Source: Pirellulales bacterium (lineage in GTDB: Bacteria > Planctomycetota > Planctomycetia > Pirellulales > UBA1268). From it: a stretch of 24,000 nucleotides of DNA. The stretch covers positions 10,904 to 34,903 of the forward strand of contig JBGTKO010000374.1 in NCBI GenBank assembly GCA_041744595.1, read 5' to 3'. Shown piece by piece: positions 21,537-24,000 of this stretch; positions within the stretch are counted from its first letter, which is position 1, and each line of letters opens with the position of its first letter. The position numbers were made by a program, and so were the translations under genes. The notes under the pieces are model-generated. The model worked only from the letters and a program-made list of their open reading frames with translations. It ran no database searches and was not told where the DNA came from.

Positions 21537-24000
21537 ATGGACATGCAACGAGCGCTTCGGCTGTTGAGAGTGTTCTACCTCGCTCGCGAGGTAGATCGCG
21601 TTGAGGACGAGTGCGTGCGGCAGGGCAGGGCGGCCTTTCATGTCTCCGGCGCGGGGCATGAGAGCCTGGCGGCAGTTGCCGAGGAACTGCTTCCGCAAGA
21701 CTTTCTTCACCTTCATTATCGCGACAAGGCCCTCCTGCTCGGGCGAGGTCTGCCGGTACGGGAGTTCTTTCTGAGCCTTCTGGGTCGCAAGGAATCCCAC
21801 TCCGCCGGACGGCAAATGAGCGCGCATTACTGCTGGAGAAACCTCAATGTGCTCAGCATGGTTGGACCTGTGGGGAACAATGCATTGCAGGCCGTAGGCG
21901 TGGCAGCGGCCGTGAAGGACGACCCGCAGAAGCCAATCGTGTTCTGCACGATTGGCGATGGTACGACGCAGGAGGGCGAGTTTCTGGAGGCCATCACGGA
22001 AGCAGCACGCCATCCGGTGCCCGTGGTCCTTGTCGTCGAGGACAATGGGTGGTCGATTTCAACGGCGACGACCGGGAAGCTGTTTTACAGTTCGCTTGAA
22101 GATGAATCGCGGTTCTGTGGGATCGACTTTCAACGCTTCGACGCTCATGACCCACATATGGTGGCTGATCGATTTGCGGGAGTCATTGGTCGAGTGCGGG
22201 AAACCAGGCTTCCCGCGATTGTGGTTTGCAGATGTGCCCGACTGTGTGACCACACCAATTCCGACGAACAGACGAAATATCGAGACGCGGCCGAGTTGCG
22301 GGCGCTCGCCGATCGGTGTGATCCCGTAAGGGTGTTAGAGGCGTCTCTGGAGAATCGGGGAATCCAATGCCGTGAGCTTGCAAGGTTGAAAGAAGAGTGC
22401 ACGGCTGTCGTGGCCGAGGCGGCCGCCGCGGCGTTCCGCTGTCCGGAGCCGGAGCCCTTTTTTGGTTCAAAGTGTGCCTTACCGCCGACTCGCTTTGGCG
22501 ACGCGGTCACATCCGAGCTCGCGGATGGCCCGCGTCTGACGATGCGGGAGGCCATTAATGAAGTATTACGGTTCCGATTGACGCATGACGACCGGACTGT
22601 GCTGTTAGGGGAGGACATTGAGGATCCGAAAGGAGACGTGTTTGGGGTCACCCGCGGGCTGAGCACCGAATTCCCGGGAAGAGTGTCGAATTCCGCATTG
22701 TCGGAGGCGACAATTCTTGGTGTCAGCATCGGGCGGGCGTTGGCTGGGCAACGGCCTGTGGCTTTCATCCAGTTTGCCGATTTCCTGCCGCTGGCGTTCA
22801 ACCAAATTGCGACCGAGCTTGGGAGCATGTACTGGCGCACATGTGGCGCATGGCAGTGTCCTGTGATTGTCATGATCGCGTGTGGTGGGTATCGTCCTGG
22901 CCTCGGGCCGTTCCACAGCCAGACCCAGGAATCGCTGGGCGTGCATGTGCCAGGGCTCGATGTTGTGATGCCATCGACATCGGCAGACGCGGCAGGCTTG
23001 CTCAATGCGGCACTTGAAAATGGCAGACCAACGCTCTTTTTCTACCCGAAGGCGTTGCTGAATTCTTCGGATCACGCGACCGCATTGAGGCCGCAATCGC
23101 ACTACGTGCCACTCGGGCAAGCCAGTTTCTTGTGCCACGGCGACGAGCTCACACTCGTCAGTTGGGGCGCGGCTCTTCATGAGTGCGAGAAAGCGGTCGA
23201 TGTGTTGACGAAGCATGGGATCAGCGTCGATCTAATTGACTTGCGGTCGCTCTCACCGTGGGACCACGAGTCTGTCTGTGCCTCCGCGGCGCGGACGGGC
23301 CGACTTCTCGTCGTGCATGAGGACAATATCACGTGCGGCTTTGGGGCGGAGGTGGTCGCTACGGTGGGAGAGCTGGTAGATCGGCCCGTAAAAGTGAGTC
23401 GTATTGCCAGAGCGGATACCTACATTCCATTTCATTTTCCCAGTCAGATGGAGATTCTGCCGTCCTGGAAGCGTGTGCTGAACGCGGCTGCTTCGATGCT
23501 CGGATGGGAGTTGACATGGACGATGGGCTCCGAGGCCGATGCCGCTTTCTGCGAGGTTTCCGCTTTGGGATCGGGGCCGGCCGACGATGTGGTGGAGGTG
23601 GTGGCCCTTCGTGTGGGCATCGGCGACGAAGTGGTGGTGGGTCAGTTGCTAGCCGAAGTTGAAGCGGCGAAATCGGTGGTGGAGATTGTCGCTGGCGTTG
23701 CTGGCGTCGTTTCAGACATTGGGGTGCGCGAGGGGGAGCATGTTCGGGTCGGGCAGAGCTTGTTGCGAATACGCCGCTCCGGCAATCTCGCGAGTCAGGC
23801 AGCCCATGATGTCAATAGGAAGGAGCTCACCATTCCGGTTTTGCGACGGAGCCGTCGGGAATTAAGCAGCCGCACCACGACGGCCGAGGCGGGATCACGG
23901 CATCCAGAGCCTATTGTTCTGGCCAGGGAATCGAATGGAGTGAGGAACGGGGAACTGATCTATCTCTCGCGGCCGAGCGTCGTGTTTGGCGGCCGGTTGG
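21537..24000 (+). CDS. Fused 2-oxoacid dehydrogenase E1 alpha + E1 beta + lipoyl/biotinyl-like domain protein, continuing past the window end
   Basis: This ORF is not in the supplied track because it has no stop in the window. I translated it by hand from ATG 21537 (TAG immediately upstream, AAGGA 6 nt before) and found no stop through 24000. The alpha part has HVSGAGHE and the TPP motif GDGTTQEGEFLEAITEAARHPVPVVLVVEDNGWSIS. The beta part has MREAINEVLRFRLTHDDRTVLLGEDIEDPKGDVFGVTRGL...RVSNSALSEATILGVSIGRALAGQRPVAFIQFADF. A lipoyl-like domain follows, with IGDEVVVGQLLAEVEAAKSVVEIVAGVAGVVSDIGVREGEHVRVGQ (Lys codon 23670-23672). After that come a linker and the start of a further domain. The minus-strand ORFs listed in this interval are antisense shadows. 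Confidence 0.85.
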   Translation, partial: MDMQRALRLLRVFYLAREVDRVEDECVRQGRAAFHVSGAGHESLAAVAEELLPQDFLHLHYRDKALLLGRGLPVREFFLSLLGRKESHSAGRQMSAHYCWRNLNVLSMVGPVGNNALQAVGVAAAVKDDPQKPIVFCTIGDGTTQEGEFLEAITEAARHPVPVVLVVEDNGWSISTATTGKLFYSSLEDESRFCGIDFQRFDAHDPHMVADRFAGVIGRVRETRLPAIVVCRCARLCDHTNSDEQTKYRDAAELRALADRCDPVRVLEASLENRGIQCRELARLKEECTAVVAEAAAAAFRCPEPEPFFGSKCALPPTRFGDAVTSELADGPRLTMREAINEVLRFRLTHDDRTVLLGEDIEDPKGDVFGVTRGLSTEFPGRVSNSALSEATILGVSIGRALAGQRPVAFIQFADFLPLAFNQIATELGSMYWRTCGAWQCPVIVMIACGGYRPGLGPFHSQTQESLGVHVPGLDVVMPSTSADAAGLLNAALENGRPTLFFYPKALLNSSDHATALRPQSHYVPLGQASFLCHGDELTLVSWGAALHECEKAVDVLTKHGISVDLIDLRSLSPWDHESVCASAARTGRLLVVHEDNITCGFGAEVVATVGELVDRPVKVSRIARADTYIPFHFPSQMEILPSWKRVLNAAASMLGWELTWTMGSEADAAFCEVSALGSGPADDVVEVVALRVGIGDEVVVGQLLAEVEAAKSVVEIVAGVAGVVSDIGVREGEHVRVGQSLLRIRRSGNLASQAAHDVNRKELTIPVLRRSRRELSSRTTTAEAGSRHPEPIVLARESNGVRNGELIYLSRPSVVFGGRL

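Noticed and set aside
21519-23216. Minus-strand ORFs 21519-22013, 22145-23005 and 22605-23216 suggested by the track in a region where the track lists no long plus-strand ORF
   Set aside because: Hand translation of the plus frame starting at ATG 21537 gives an unbroken E1alpha/E1beta/lipoyl protein with textbook motifs. It is absent from the track only because it has no stop before 24000, so the minus ORFs are antisense shadows.
17293-24000. Classical mobile element (IS, transposon, integron or prophage) as the explanation for the accessory block
   Set aside because: I recognised no transposase, integrase, recombinase or phage-like ORF in any frame of this interval, and no flanking tRNA. 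Mobility remains only an inference from composition and repeats, and the right boundary is outside the window.
1-24000. rRNA, tRNA, tmRNA or riboswitch genes
   Set aside because: I could not recognise any cloverleaf-compatible segment, rRNA-like conserved block or known riboswitch core by eye. The only sizeable non-coding stretch (17293-18229) is accounted for by repeats and gene remnants. A tRNAscan/Infernal run would be needed to be certain.

Overview
A 24 kb stretch of high-GC bacterial chromosome. The gene content looks Planctomycetota/PVC-like, which is an inference from a DUF1080-ThuA fusion, a DUF1570-like HExxH protein, a Tat-signal Gfo/Idh/MocA oxidoreductase, xylose-isomerase-like TIM barrels, a HEAT-repeat lipoprotein and a long coiled-coil anchor protein.

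Positions 1-17292 look like ordinary core genome. They hold a tightly packed plus-strand operon (ABC-2 permease 3' end, YeiH-like transporter, TIM barrel, UbiA prenyltransferase, TIM barrel). This is followed by a minus-strand block (2Fe-2S ferredoxin, DUF1080-ThuA, coiled-coil protein, Gfo/Idh/MocA oxidoreductase, DUF1570-like protein). A plus-strand block follows (HEAT lipoprotein, Pro-rich hypothetical, DAC-domain protein, polA).

After the polA stop the sequence changes character: it becomes visibly more AT-rich, uses A/T-ending and rare codons, and has many repeats. This accessory block (17293-24000, running off the window) contains:
- a REP-like hairpin doublet;
- a decayed partial copy of a regulator-leader-enzyme module;
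- a fatty-acid desaturase bracketed by about 92-bp inverted repeats;
- an intact small LuxR/GerE-type HTH gene;
- a heme-oxygenase-like (putative diiron) enzyme;
- an N-acyl-amino-acid-synthase/LuxI-fold-like GNAT;
- a long E1alpha-E1beta-lipoyl fusion ORF that the ORF track omits because it has no stop inside the window.

I read this block as a candidate, apparently uncharacterised, lipid or N-acyl-amino-acid signal or metabolite system. No rRNA, tRNA, cas, transposase or integrase genes were recognised by eye. All similarity calls come from motif recognition and hand alignment, not database searches.
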